Origin: Amoeboaphelidium protococcarum X5
Lineage: Eukaryota > Fungi > Aphelidiomycota
Assembly: GCA_023515725.1 (NCBI GenBank)
Contig: JALDTO010000200.1
Coordinates: forward strand, 124,001 to 188,000
Length of the DNA stretch: 64,000 nucleotides
Direction: 5' to 3'
The notes under the pieces are model-generated. The model saw only the letters and a program-made list of their open reading frames with translations, was not told the DNA's origin and ran no database searches. The translations under genes and the position numbers were made by a program. Of this stretch, positions 1 to 10,805 are shown in pieces. Positions within the stretch are counted from its first letter, which is position 1. Every line of letters begins with the position of its first letter.

Positions 1-2047
1 CTAGACACCTCATGCCAAGTATTTGTTTCTTGCTGTTAATGCCTGTCCGGCAAGAGGTCCATCTAGGCCTTTCAACTTTTTTGGTTATCTCGATACTGCC
101 GATATGGATAAGATTTATCATGCGGTTAGTTAAGATCAGTATAGTCACGTGTTTCTCCTATCTCATTATCCTTTTGCGACCGTTCTAACCGGTATTACAA
201 GTAATGGTTTAACCTTTTAGGATCTTGCCGTGAATATAAGCGTTATTCTAAATGGTCATTTGCATAAATTGGTGGCTGGACTCGGTGACGTTATGCATGC
301 CAAATTTGAGACTCATCAAGTATAAGATTATGTTAATAACGGATAAAATAGTAATGATAGAGATGATAAATCCTCTATTCTCGAGTTGGAGATTGGAGAC
401 ATGAAGTAGAATGGTATGTTTCGTGTTATATCGATTGATAGGGGTATGATTTCATTTGTTGATAGAAGTATTCTGAGTCAGGATTACATTCAGTCAATGA
501 AGCATATGCCTTGGGATGGTTTATTGTTTTAGAATACAGTTTAAAAGAGTTCTGGTGGTCGATATGCTTTGAATCCTGTTGTGTTGATAACTAGCCCGAA
601 AGATGTTCGGTATGTCATTGATGGGAAAGAGGATTATAACTAGCTATTCACCTAAGATTCTTTTGATATCAGATTCTTTGTCTTTAATTGTCCACAGTGT
701 TCTGTTAATGATATTGCAGTAAGTATTGATGGAAAGTAATTGATTGGCGCTGTGCATATGATTAAAAGAGATTTCTATTCAATCAAGTGTCCCTCTGATG
801 GATATCTAGATGGCCAAATTCATACCATAAAAGTTCAAGTTGACAGCAGTCAGCTTTAATCCAAACTCTCTAGTACGAATAGTAATTCAGGATCACATGA
901 AGTTGAGTTTATGTTTCCGTATGATCGTAATAAGGTGGCAGTGTAGTCTGGATTTGGCGGATTTATTCTACATCTCAATTTATCCGATCGAGTACCTGTT
1001 CTATTTTTACTGGCTTACCTAATAGCCTTTGTTGTTCTTATATTAGTTCCTAAGATGTATTATGCTTATCTGCACCGAACTAAATCCTACTACTCTTGGC
1101 GAGTGAGATACTCTCGGATGCTTGTACAAATGGACAAGTCGGTTCCACACCCACTGCCAGATAGATCTTATTTCACGTAGAGAAGTGCTGCGTGTATGTA
1201 TTTCTGGTTATTGACTATATTTAAAGACTTTAAATATTTCGCGTATGCCTCAGTATACAGGCTTGTAACGTTGGCTTCCATCAGAGGAACGTACTACCCT
1301 CTATTGACATATCTCTTGTACATTGTTGTAGGTCCTTACTTTATTGGAGAGTTGGTTCCATCAGCATTGGACACTAGCTAGTCTCCATTCCATAGTAGGA
1401 ATAAGTTTGCTTGGTTTTATGTGTATGGTATATGGATCGAAAATAAGTGGGTACCCATCACAGATACGTGGATGTATGGCCTACTTGAACTAGTGTATCT
1501 TTTCTGCCCTCTGGCGATCTATCTCTCGTTCTGTATCACACCACCTGAGCAGCTTTATGCCCAGCAACCTCTTGAGGAGGAAGTGAAAGCGGCTGGATAG
1601 GATGTATACTGGTTACCGCCCGTTCACAATCGACGCAGATTCCCGCTACATCGAAGGTTATACATTCGCATCCTGGTGGTGCTGGTGATTTGGTATCAGT
1701 TGAACAGTGCATTCTTCATATCAATTTTTTATGGGCCAATCGCTATGCTTGTAAGTCCTGGTAAGAGTTGGTTTATCTGCTGGGCGTGTTATGCTTTGTA
1801 CAAGCATAGATGGAGTTTTAAAGGACGCGAAGTGGACCTCTTGGAGGATGCTAATGTCGATCAATCGTCAATAGTATCCAAGTTGACTCACGGACTTAAA
1901 AAACTTCCAGATTAGTTTAGAATGTCATCAAAGTCGCTCCTTGGTAATGCTTCCTAATATAATGATGTATTGAGTTCATAAAAGGAGCCAACAAAGTTAT
2001 ACTCTGATCAACCAGTAGTGTATGATCTTAGATAACGAAAGTAATGA
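1..2047 (+). CDS. TMEM62: TMEM62-like metallophosphoesterase with C-terminal transmembrane segments (5' part lies outside the window)
   Basis: Frame 2 read with UAR=Gln gives GPSRPFNFFG, SHYP, NGHLH and LELEIGD motifs, then hydrophobic segments. Ends TAA TGA at 2042-2047. Confidence 0.8.
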
Positions 2048-2496
2048 ATTGAAACGTGTTTAATGGTATCTCACTTTACAGAGTATATTATTTAACCTGC
2101 TCGGCATCACTTGAATTCACGACTTTATTTATCTCATTGTTATTCCAAGAGTAAATAGAAAAATTTAACGCTCATCAGGGACTCTTGGTATTGATCTTGA
2201 TCTTCACCCTTTACGCTCAATGATATTAAGCAACATCAATTGCCTTAGAAGCAACAATTAATGCATATCCAGGTAAGCAGTCTTACAATAGGGAATGTGG
2301 TGGAGAGAAAAGTCACAGCAGTCATCAAACCATCCTTCTCTAGAAAGAACTGGATCCTGAGATCTCAGAAAAGCTTTCCTCGTCACAAGTATATGTTGAC
2401 ACCCAGCTTTATATGCCGGCGTCAGGACCACAGACTGCTGCACACCGATGCGTTCTGGTACTTTATCAATTTCGGCAAAAAGGCAAAACACTATTA

Positions 2497-2520
2497 CCGT
2501 GTTTCTCGCGGCATAAGCGA
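2497..2520 (+). repeat. Left terminal inverted repeat of the pogo-like element
   Basis: Exact reverse complement of 4472-4495. Confidence 0.95.
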
Positions 2521-2586
2521 CCAGAAAAACTCAGTTAATTCGTTTAAAACAATGAAAGTCGCTTATACCAAATAATAATTTTCAGT

Positions 2587-3841
2587 ATGGAAAATCTTTA
2601 ACCCAATTTTAACATCAATGAATAGAGCGCCTTTTAAAACTTACCCCTGAATACCCCTGGAGTCAAAAAAATTCGTGTCTCATACCCCACTGACAAGAAA
2701 AGGGAAGTGGTCACAATGGTGACTGAGTCCCAAAAAGTTAAGAATAAAGGTGCCATCCAACATGTAGCGTAAGCAACCGGTATAAGTAAAAAATTGATAT
2801 CTAAATGGTTATTGGCGTCCGATGAAATCATGGATCCTAAGTTTCATGGTAGTTCGCGCAAGCTTCATAGTGGGCCACAGACAATACAAAATTGAAGAAG
2901 AGAGCATGGTCGCTTGGGTGCATAGCTAGAGGGAGCTTAGAAAGGTTGTTACAAACTAATTGATGGCCGCATACGTCATGAAAGAGTTCCCCAATACCTT
3001 TTAGGCTTATGAATAATGCTTGGCGTGGACGTATCGGGTACTGGATCGTAACAATCTGAGCATACGTCGTAAGACGCATGATCAAACTAAATTGTCCGAA
3101 GAAGAGATGGGCCGTCTTCACAGAGACTTTGTGGTCTATGTACGTTATTTGATGGATGAGTTCTCTGTAGAGGATGATGATGCAATCAATATGGACGAAA
3201 CTGGTATTCATTTTGACATGACATCTAGCACAACAGTGGAAATTAAAGGAACGTAACACGTCAGCGTCGTGTCATCCTCTAATAGCGGACACTGTACTGT
3301 CTTTCTGGCTGTATCGTTAGCTGGTACAAAGTTGAAGCCATTGATTGTATTCAAAGCTAAGCCTGGTGCTACAGTTCATAAGCAGATTCTGGCTGGGCGT
3401 AATGATTATGATGCACGGGTGATTTGTACTGTTCAAGAAAATGCTTACTGCGATGAATTTGTTATGGGTGTATGGCTGGAGAAATGTCTTAATCCTCATC
3501 TGAATAGAAATAATGAAAAGAAGTTGAGTTTGTTAATGATGGACAATTTCTCTCCCCATCAATGTGCGTCGGTCAGAGATCAATTGAGCGAGAGCTTCTG
3601 CCTTTTGGTCATGCTGCCTCCAAATATGACCAGCAAAGTTTAGATATTGGATGTCGGAGTTAATAAGCCATTCAAAGATCATATCAGGGCTCAGTTTTTG
3701 ACATTTATGAGTGACTTCTTAGAGAATCAGCAGAAAGTCACGCGTGAAATGATGTCTACATGGGTAGCGAATGCTTGGGAGAAGATTACAGTAACGACTA
3801 TTATTAAGACAAGCAAGAAAATTGGATTTTTGGATGAATGA
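2587..3841 (+). pseudogene. pogo-family transposase (N-terminal HTH, CENP-B-type HTH, DDE_1) with one +1 frameshift near 2881-2892
   Basis: Frame 1 from ATG 2587 (RVSYPTDKKREVV...VAQATGISKKLISKW) stops at TGA 2893-2895. Frame 2 continues IEEESMVAW...LSIRRKT...NMDETG...LMMDNF...KV(TAG=Q)ILDVGVNKPFK to TGA 3839-3841. Confidence 0.85.
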
Positions 3842-3910
3842 TGTAACAGTAATGAATGTTGTATTTTAGGAGGCCATTTATTTAAAGTGTATCAATATTG
3901 ACTTCAATGT

Positions 3911-4390
3911 TCAACCAATAATCAATCCCATAGCAAGACCATGATGTTCACGGCTGCGCCTTTCTTCAGATTCTTTATCAGATCCTATACTAACTCTGCT
4001 AATCAGAACAACTCTACCATCTAAAGCATCATCATAAAGGCTTTGAAAGACTTTAGATACAAAGCCAACGAAACAGCACTCAACTCCGTTCTTCCAGATG
4101 AAGGCTTTAAACGTAGTCACCTGCTACTGCACCAGCTTGTCTTACATTTATCTCTTCTTCGGTCTACCCTTTTTCTTGGGACCTGCTTACATAGCTTCAT
4201 CCTCATTCATATCCATCTCTAGCTGTACTAACCGAGGCACAGTAATAGATGACTTCCGTAGCTTCAGATTGGTACCTTAAGTGACGGCGACACCACAATT
4301 AGTTGAATGCAGTCCACACATTCTACCATGGTCACCATTCGATAAACCTACAATTTCAATTTTATTCCCAATTATTAGTGCTGCATCCAT
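3911..4390 (-). CDS. Transposon-borne ORF2, 159 aa, with AT-hook (KKKGRPKK) and a possible HIRAN-like fold
   Basis: Uninterrupted ATG(4390) to TGA(3911) frame under UAR=Gln: MDAALIIGNKIEIVGLSNGDHGRMCGLHSTNCG...KKKGRPKKR...AFIWKNGVECCFVGFV...LDGRVV...HHGLAMGLIIG. Lies wholly within the TIRs. Confidence 0.75.
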
Positions 4391-4471
4391 AATAAATTTG
4401 GCATACCGTGTTTCAAACTCTAAACAAAAAACGAACGAAACAAAAAAGGGCGAAGTCGCTTATACCAAAGA

Positions 4472-4495
4472 TCGCTTATGCCGCGAGAAACACGG
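4472..4495 (-). repeat. Right terminal inverted repeat of the pogo-like element
   Basis: Exact reverse complement of 2497-2520. Confidence 0.95.
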
Positions 4496-6068
4496 TACCA
4501 GATAGCGGTCGAAATTTTGGCGATTAATATTATCAACAGGATGGCCCACCAAGAAGTTGCGGACTTTTAGCATCGTGTTATCGCAGACATGGTAAAAACG
4601 ATCCTTGGGAAATTGCAAGCTACCATCAGGAAGGCAGTTGCCAACAGATACCGGACTTAATGGCATCCCAGTACTGACACAAGACCAAAAAATGACGCCA
4701 TAATTTCTTTTTGTTGTACTCCACATACAACCGGGCGTCATTCACCATCGCCAAGACATATCTTTTTAATGCCAAAGCAAAATTATCCCTGACGTGTTTC
4801 CAGAGACAGGTGTAGTACTCTCGAGCAAAATTATCAGTAACTGTTTGCAGCAAACCGCCTTGTGGATGCCTGATACCTTATTCAGCCCAAACGTTTGCCT
4901 TGTATTCCCGAGCCAATCCCATTACCATAACATCGCGGCCCTTACATAAATTACGTCTCTCAACACCATGACATTACGAATAGTTTTCGGCTCCAATGAT
5001 CCTCGATAATCGGTAACTATCTGACGCCCAGTAGAAAGTTCCATCATCATTGCTCCTGAATGGCCTCATCACCCGTATCACAGTGGCCAAGAATCTCACA
5101 TTAACATCGGGACCATTTTAAGCATCGATAACATCAAGACGCCGCTGAAGGTGAGCTAAGACGCCTCGTCCCTAGCACACCCCCACCCCGTAGTAACTCT
5201 CACAGCGGCCTTCACCCATAGAGGTACTTACCAGCTTCAGCTTATGGCATAGTACTGTACTGGAGGAATTTGCGCTGATCCTTCCAGTACTTGCTCACTA
5301 GGACTGGACACTCACAGCGACATTTAGGAAATTCCAGGAAGTTGTAATCAGCAGCTTCACATATTCCTTGCGCACAACAATTTATACCTCAAAAAGCCCT
5401 CCTAGAGCACACTTTGTATATGTAATAGTAATTTACACAGCCCATAACAATCAATACTAGCAGTTTTCATGGAGACCTCGGAATCCAGCAGTGACATAAA
5501 CTAAAATTCATTGGTAGAATTTCTAAAGGAATATCGCCGCTCTAATAATCTAACCAAAGTCTTGACTTTTTTTAATAAATAGATTGAGACGTATTGACTA
5601 ATGCCTGCTGAGCGTCGTAAAACAGTAGCAAACACTGTCATATTTGCCTAAAACAACAGCCGTAGACAGAAAAGAGATCGACCAAGATCAGCGTAAATAT
5701 GGTTGATCTTTGATCGAAACACATTTTTAGGTATGAAGAAAAAACGATAGAAAGTCCATGCGTGTAATAACATTCCGCGTTTAGGCAGCACAGTGTTCCC
5801 ATTCTACAGTTGTCCGTACCAAGAATAGTCAGTTCTGAAACGATCACTTCTAATTCCTTCGTCGTCGTCAGTCGCCCATTATGAAAACAAGCGTGCGCGC
5901 TTCAATTCACAAAACTATTTCCTTCGCCGTTTCTCTCTCATTCTGCGTCCGTGTATTCTCTCTGCTAAAACTGTTAGTCATCTAGCTGTGTCTATTACAC
6001 TGATAACTTGACCATCCAGTGATTATTTTGGTTTAGATTTCAACTTTAAACATTCAAATTTTATAGTT

Positions 6069-7040
6069 ATGACTGTTGACTTAAATTTAAACTTGCCTGA
6101 GAGTGTTGAAGTTCATCCGCTGGTTCTGCTGTCTGTGGTGGACCATTACAACCGTGTGGCATCCAATACTAGCAAGAGAGTGGTTGGTGTACTTCTGGGT
6201 CAGAGCAGAGGCGGTGTTGTTAATGTTGCTAATAGTTATGCACTCCCTTTCGAAGAGGATGAGAAGGATACATCTGTGTGGTTCTTGGATCATCACTACT
6301 TGCAGGATATGTTTGAGCTGTTCAGGAAGATTAATTCTACAGAGCGAGTCGTCGGATGGTACCACTCTGGACCCAAGTTGAGAGCCAGTGATCTTGAGAT
6401 TAATCAAGTGTTCAAGCGTTATATTCAGCATCCAGTGCTTGTGATTATCAATGTTGAACCGTCCGATCAACCGGGACTGCCAACGAATGCCTATGTCGCT
6501 TATGAAGATATTCGGGATGATGGCACTGCCACAATGAGAACTTTTGAACATCTTCCCAGCTAGATCACGAGCGAGGAGAGTGAAGAGATTGGTGTGGAGC
6601 ATTTGTTGAGAAATGTAAAGGATACTGCCACAGGAGATCTGGCCAGTCGTGTGGAGCAGAAGATGACTTCTCTGGGCCGCCTGGGTGAGCACTTATCTCA
6701 GATACAGTCGTACTTGGGTAAAGTGCTGTCAGGTCAGTTGCCAGTTAATCAGCCAATTATGAACAATTTGTAAAAGATTTTGAATCTCCTGCCTGATTTG
6801 AGTAATGAACAGGTGGCCAAATCTTTTAATGTGGTGAACAATGACCGTCTGGTGTCTGTGTATTTGGCTTCTCTATCGCGTTCTATCGTGGCTCTGCATG
6901 AACTCATTGACAATAAACTGCAGAATAAGGAGCAAGTCCAGGCTTTCGAATAGGCTAAAGATTAGGCTGAGCTGGATAAGAAGTTGATTGATAATCTGGC
7001 AGCTAATAGCAGCAAGAAGGATAACAAGACTGCTTAGTGA
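6069..7040 (+). CDS. RPN8: 26S proteasome lid subunit Rpn8/PSMD7 (MPN domain)
   Basis: VHPLVLLSVVDHYNR, RVVGWYHSGPKL. Continues through TAG 6561 to EESEEIGVEHLLR and ends TAG TGA at 7035-7040. Confidence 0.97.
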
Positions 7041-7197
7041 TTATCAAATGATCGATGATCATTATTGATATTGAGTTAGTAGTGTCGTTGTTTTAATACT
7101 GAATACCTTATCCCAGGGTGATGATGCTCAATGTATTATCAACTACTTATTATTGAACATTTTCAAGTTTTTGTATTCAATTTTATTAATTAATTGA

Positions 7198-7791
7198 TCA
7201 TTATTGACGTATTAGTCTAGAATAGAATTAGAGACATACAGCGGATGTGATAATTATCGTTGCGACAATACTCGCGATTGATCTTCCAGCTGATTAGAAG
7301 CGTTGCCTAACCAGGTACGTTCCATGCTTCAACTCTATTAGACGGTACTCTAATAATCGCTGCCTTACAGAACTTTGAAAGCTCATAAACGACAATACAT
7401 TCAAAACGGTGAAATGTAGCGATAATCGCCTCGGTGCATACAGGGATGTAAGAGGTAGAGCAAGAGCTGTAACGGCAAATGATGCGATGGAGGACACTTG
7501 TGCCAACTTGAGTTCCCGTTTAATCTACGCAATAAGAGCCTTACATTCCGAGTCGATATGTATGATATCAATCGCTTTACTACTACTATTTCGATCTCGA
7601 TAATTGACGGCATACTCCACGTCGTACTTGTTCTCACAGTGCAAAAGTATGCTGCCTAACATGAACTCATGTATGGTGCCATCATTTCCAGTTTTCATGA
7701 TGTCAATCTACTTCTCAACATCTTCTCTGTGCAGCGATTAAGGATAAAATACCTTAATTCCCTAAATTTGAAGTGATTTTAAAATGTGCAT
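7198..7791 (-). CDS. Hypothetical membrane protein, about 197 aa
   Basis: Open frame under UAR=Gln from ATG 7791 to TGA 7198 with 2-3 hydrophobic C-terminal segments. No family recognised. Confidence 0.55.
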
Positions 7792-7957
7792 TCCTAAAGA
7801 TAAAATATGTTGTTTAGGAATGGATAGATCTCCCTTGCATAAAGACGATTCAATTAATGAACATCAAAATGGCGATCATTGATTAAGAGAAACTCGCTCT
7901 AGATAATAGCAGCGAGGTGAAAGTACGACAAACAATATAAATTTAGAAAATCAAATC

Positions 7958-10165
7958 TCAATTTATTCCATACAACTTTACACATGAATCGCAACCACCA
8001 GTGGCGAGATACTAACTACCGCCTGATGCACCTGCAGTATCACCACTCACTGCCTTCTTGGGATGAAATAGAGCAAAGTGAATAGATTCGTCATACTTTT
8101 TGCGGTGAGCTGAGAATTCTTGCAAACAGGACCTGCTATTTATATCCCATAGGCGAACACTTGAATCATGGCCTGCAGTGATTATAACTTGTCCATTGGG
8201 GGATATGTCAAGCGAACTGACAGAATCCAAATGTGCAATCATCTGATACGTGCACTGCCCACTAGTGATGTCATAAAACTTCAACTTTCTATTTTCATGG
8301 GCGGTAATGCACATGGACTCTGTCGGGTGGGAGACAACTTTATTCACCAGCAGAGATGATACAGACGCCGATCCAGCTGCATCCTCGGCATGATTCATAT
8401 CCTGAGTAATTTCGCTCTCATTCTACGACTGCGGATCAGTGCTAAACTTTAACATCAACTCACAAGTCTCCAAATCATAGCTGCACAGTGATCCATCAGC
8501 GAATCCAATCAAAATCTTGGTAGGATCATTCTTGACAAAATCAAACGAAGTTGGACAAGATTCCCCAGCTGGAATTTCTTTAAGTGCTGCTGGGACACCA
8601 GATCCCGCCTCCAACACATCATCGATAGAGAACACTTTGACGCCAATGCTGCTCAGCACAACAAACCTATTGCTTAAAGGATGAAACTTCAAGTCCCAAA
8701 TGATTTCATCAAAAGCCTAAAAGCACGCCAATTCCAAGCTCTTTGGCTGATATCTACCATATGGCTCAACCTTTGAGGGAAGAGACCACAGTCTAACCAT
8801 TCCATCATAACCACCAGATACAAAAGTACCCACAGAGTCTTGTCCGTTCTTATCAGTCAACATTGTGGTAAAAGAGAGCGCATTCACCGAGCCAGTATGA
8901 CCTCTAAATGTTAGTATAGGCTCGATATCCGAACTCTTTTTTGTATTTTACTGCTCCAAATTCCACAATTTGATAGTTCCGTCTTCACTTCCACTCAAAA
9001 GAGTCAACTCTTCCGGATGAAAGGCGGCACATCTCACAGAATCGAAATGACTTCTCAACGTAAACTTAGGTTTCCACAACTTGACTTCATTCACTCGACT
9101 CTCAGGACTCGTTTCGCTTCCGCCGATATCTCCAGAAGTAGCAGAGGTGGAAGAAGCATTAACATCGTCCATAGACAATCCGGCGAGTTCATTCGATATC
9201 GCAGCAGCGGTAGACGAAGTAACTACTACGGTGTTGAATGGGCTCTTCTTTTTCTTTTTCCACGATGAATACTTCTCCGTGGACTTGCTCACCGAGTCAT
9301 CTAAAGAAGAGACTGAAGGATCTGAATGATTCGGTTAAGCAGCATTAGACTACATCTGAGACTGATGATTTTAATTCTACTTTCCAGATTAAGACTTTCC
9401 ATTCAACAACACTATTGTGCCGCTATCAAAAAAACTGGAGCCCTTCTTACCGGCGGATTGAGAGTTATCGCCAGCACCTTAATCATTAGAATCGCCATCT
9501 ACCAAGTCCAACTCAGATACGCTTTAAGATGTTAAAGGCGAGTCTAAATCATCGACTCCATTCATATCACTAATCAGTGGAGATGATGGCTCATCTGGAT
9601 CGTAAATAATAGAGTCTGTGACTCTAGATCTTGCCTTCACTGCATCAGAGTCTTTTCTACTCTTACCATCTTGAGACTTTCTCCTGGCATTTTCAAATAG
9701 CTTAACAGCGTTGTTCAATCCGAGCGGACCCTGTTAATCATCATCACTGCTTTGATTGTGTAGAAAGTGGACAGATTTAAGATCAGTCGATTCATCTATA
9801 CCCACCTCTGCCAAATACTTCTTCAACATATCTTTAGCCTTGGAAGAAGAGCTCTTAACTCCATTTGTGGTAACAGCAGGTGGAACCGTAATTTTGGTAT
9901 CTACAGCAGCAGAATCTACTGAATTGCCGCTTCCATCCCCACTGACTCCATTCCGAAGTTCTTTCACCACAGATTCGAGTAGTTGCATTCGCTTAAACAG
10001 ATTATCCTTCACCAACTCATGACCACGCAACTGTCCTTCAAGAAATGCTATTCTGTCCAGCAATTCCTCCCTCTCGCATCTCCAGTCATTATCTCTTTAC
10101 AGGGCTGCCACATGCTGTCTCTAAATATATTACAAGGCTTTCGCCATACTCATTCCATCTTCCAT
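7958..10165 (-). CDS. STRN: Striatin (STRIPAK Far8/Pro11-like): N-terminal coiled coil and C-terminal WD40
   Basis: W..EREELLDRIAFLEGQ striatin motif, WKPKFTLRSHFDSVR, AHRKKYDESI. Five ORF-track fragments share one frame. Confidence 0.93.
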
Positions 10166-10805
10166 ACTTATTATTTGCTTACTTCCAGCACGCACGCACA
10201 CACAATTTGAAATATATTATCAATTCAGGCAATGAAACTATAAAAGACTATGTACAAGCCTTACGTTAACTCAGTAATTACTATAGACCAGAGTGAGATC
10301 GACAGTAACAGTACAGTTCTGAGTGGAGAGAGAGAGAGTAAGAGATGAAGAAACGAAACGAAACAAAAGAAGCGAAACGGAAACGGAAAAGATGAGAACT
10401 TTCCTTGGGTGGCACTCACTCACCCGCGGAAGGAAACGAGCGATGATGAGCGGCGGCGTTGTTTGAACAGAGCGATCAGTCAGTTCTCAGCGGATTTCAA
10501 GTCTCCCACCTATGGCAAAATAGTTCACTATTTCAACCAAATGTTATTCACGTTTCCTTGCGCTATTATCGTTAGAGATAGTATTAAGTTTAATCACAAT
10601 GTAAATCTTCTCTAGTCTTGATTGTTGTTGATCAAATGCGAATCAAGCTCCCATGTTTAAGCTTTCACTGACTTCTCTCCCGAATCTTTTCATTTGATTT
10701 CTTTCTGTTCACTCGTAGACAACATCAGTAACATTAGTGTATTGTGTGAATACAATACAAATCTGTCTATATTGTGCGTGATAATTGAATTAATTATACT
10801 ATATT

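Larger units (their letters stand above)
2497..4495 (+). mobile_element. pogo/Tigger-like (Tc1/mariner superfamily) DNA transposon, 1999 bp
   Basis: Perfect 24-bp TIRs CCGTGTTTCTCGCGGCATAAGCGA at 2497-2520 and its reverse complement at 4472-4495, flanked by TA at 2495-2496 and 4496-4497. Contains a DDE_1-type transposase. Confidence 0.95.
2204..5294 (-). pseudogene. Decayed gene interrupted by the pogo element; resembles the N-terminal half of Fanzor1 (eukaryotic TnpB-like)
   Basis: Open frame 5294-4626, a frameshift near 4640, then ...NFDRYLV. Removing the transposon plus one TA rejoins it in frame to IVFCLFAEID... ending at TGA 2204. The family call rests on motif resemblance only. Confidence 0.45.

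Noticed and set aside
4620-4651. Possible intron explaining the frameshift in the Fanzor-like relic
   Set aside because: It is only 32 nt, ends GGTAG, and splicing would lead into the wrong frame.
5469-5597. 42-aa ORF METSESSSDIN... upstream of RPN8
   Set aside because: Too short and has no recognisable family.
6087-6692. Long antisense ORFs in the track (also 37026-37469, 51193-51651, 54407-54979)
   Set aside because: They are shadows of well-conserved genes on the opposite strand and have no recognisable motifs.
10326-10390. GA-rich and GAAAC repeats between striatin and VPS54
   Set aside because: Simple low-complexity promoter tracts with no spacer structure; not a CRISPR array or mobile element.
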